Assembly: GCA_032654565.1 (NCBI GenBank)
Contig: JAULAX010000013.1
Location: 96,001-160,000 of the forward strand
Reading direction: 5' to 3'
DNA from: Anaeromyxobacteraceae bacterium
GTDB taxonomy: Bacteria > Myxococcota > Myxococcia > Myxococcales > Anaeromyxobacteraceae
DNA length: 64,000 bases
Shown piece after piece: positions 63,171-64,000 of the stretch. The position numbers were made by a program, and so were the translations under genes. Within the stretch, counting starts at the first letter, position 1. The number at the start of each line of letters is the position of its first letter. The notes beneath the pieces were generated by a model. It was not told the origin of the DNA. It did no database searches and saw only the letters and a list, made by a program, of their open reading frames with translations.

Positions 63171-63290
63171 GCGCTTCGGTCGACCACGCCCCGGCGCTCC
63201 GCTCGAGGGTGCGCTCCGGTCGACCACGCCCCGGCGCTCCGGTCGAGGGTGCGCTCCAGTCGACTACGCCCCGGCGCTCCGGTCGTGGGT
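63171..63290. repeat. Three tandem 40-bp repeats upstream of polA
   Basis: Consensus GCGCTCCGGTCGACCACGCCCCGGCGCTCCGGTCGAGGGT at 63171, 63211, 63251. Confidence 0.95.
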
Positions 63291-63334
63291 TCGTTTGTCG
63301 TGGGCGCGTCGGCCAGTGGCGCTATGGTCTCGGC

Positions 63335-64000
63335 GTGCCGACCCTGACCTTGATCGACGGCTCGGGCTTCATCTTCCGCGCCTACCATGCCGTCCCGCCG
63401 CTCACCTCGTCGAAGGGCGTCCCCACCAACGCCGTCCTCGGCTTCGCCAACATGCTGCTCAAGGCGCTGCGCGAGCACTCGCCGACCCACGTGGCCATGG
63501 TGCTCGACGTCAGCCGGCGCAGCTTCCGGACCGAGCTCGACCCCACCTACAAGGCCCAGCGCCCCGAGCCGCCGGACGACCTCGTCCCGCAGTTCCCGCT
63601 GGTCCGCGACGTCACCCGGGCCCTCTCGGTGCCCATCCTCGAGCAGGAGGGGTTCGAGGCCGACGACATCATCGCCACGCTGGCCACCCACGCCCGCGGC
63701 CACGGCTGGGAGGTGGTGATCGTCACCGGCGACAAGGACTTCGGGCAGCTGGTGGACGACCGGGTGCGTCTCTACGACCCCATGGCCGAGGCCCGCGGGC
63801 AGGGTGGCTGGAGCGGTCCGGCCGAGATCGAGTCGAAGATGGGCGTGCCGCCGTCGCAGGTCATCGAGTACCAGGCCCTGCTCGGCGACAAGGTGGACAA
63901 CGTGCCGGGCATCCCCGGCGTCGGCGAGGTGACGGCGGCGGCGCTGATCCGCCACTTCGGCTCGGTGGAGGCGATGCTGGCCCGCCCCGAGGAGATCCCG
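63335..64000 (+). CDS. polA: DNA polymerase I, N-terminal 5'-3' exonuclease region (3' end outside window)
   Basis: LIDGSGFIFRAYHA, PTNAV.GF, YKAQR, EADDII, TGDKD, GDKVDNVPGIPGVG. Confidence 0.93.
   Translation, partial: MPTLTLIDGSGFIFRAYHAVPPLTSSKGVPTNAVLGFANMLLKALREHSPTHVAMVLDVSRRSFRTELDPTYKAQRPEPPDDLVPQFPLVRDVTRALSVPILEQEGFEADDIIATLATHARGHGWEVVIVTGDKDFGQLVDDRVRLYDPMAEARGQGGWSGPAEIESKMGVPPSQVIEYQALLGDKVDNVPGIPGVGEVTAAALIRHFGSVEAMLARPEEIP

Noticed and set aside
63171..63290. Repeat array as a mini-CRISPR
   Set aside because: Intervening sequences are repeated and only 4-10 nt long; no cas genes nearby
62934..63347. 137-aa ORF upstream of polA
   Set aside because: No RBS, atypical codon usage, built largely from the tandem repeats and overlapping the polA start

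Overview
Very GC-rich chromosomal window from a myxobacterium, probably Anaeromyxobacter-like (inferred from gene content: cdnL/carD, tgl, Cys-rich repeat lipoprotein, HNH protein, Ser/Thr kinase-TPR, FHA proteins). It is mostly housekeeping: folC (partial)-AMIN protein-lptD-tetR-serA-hisZ-purA, comEC, cdnL-ispDF-cysS, uvrB, uvrC-cysK-cysE-ppa, a CoA transferase, plsB-like, dnaJ-class, rimI-pyrD, queE, tgl-recO-glyQS and polA (partial). No rRNA, intact tRNA, CRISPR array, integrase or transposase is visible. The main points of interest are: (1) a variable ~5 kb block between cysS and uvrB, with an HNH nuclease gene and a protease gene bracketed by ~62-bp degenerate, hairpin-forming, tRNA-3'-half-like direct repeats; (2) PafBC-like (TGTCRG-N10-TANNNT) leaderless promoter signatures before the HNH gene, polA and uvrB; (3) a sigma54-like promoter aimed antisense at cdnL; (4) an orphan GspE/PilB ATPase coupled to a Ycf46-like AAA+ ATPase; (5) an uncharacterised operon of two large lipoproteins, an RHH-FHA fusion and a secretin-N-like protein; (6) tandem repeats in the AMIN gene and upstream of polA. 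Single-base frameshifts in hisZ and the AAA+ gene look like assembly errors. All calls come from motif recognition by eye; no database searches were run.
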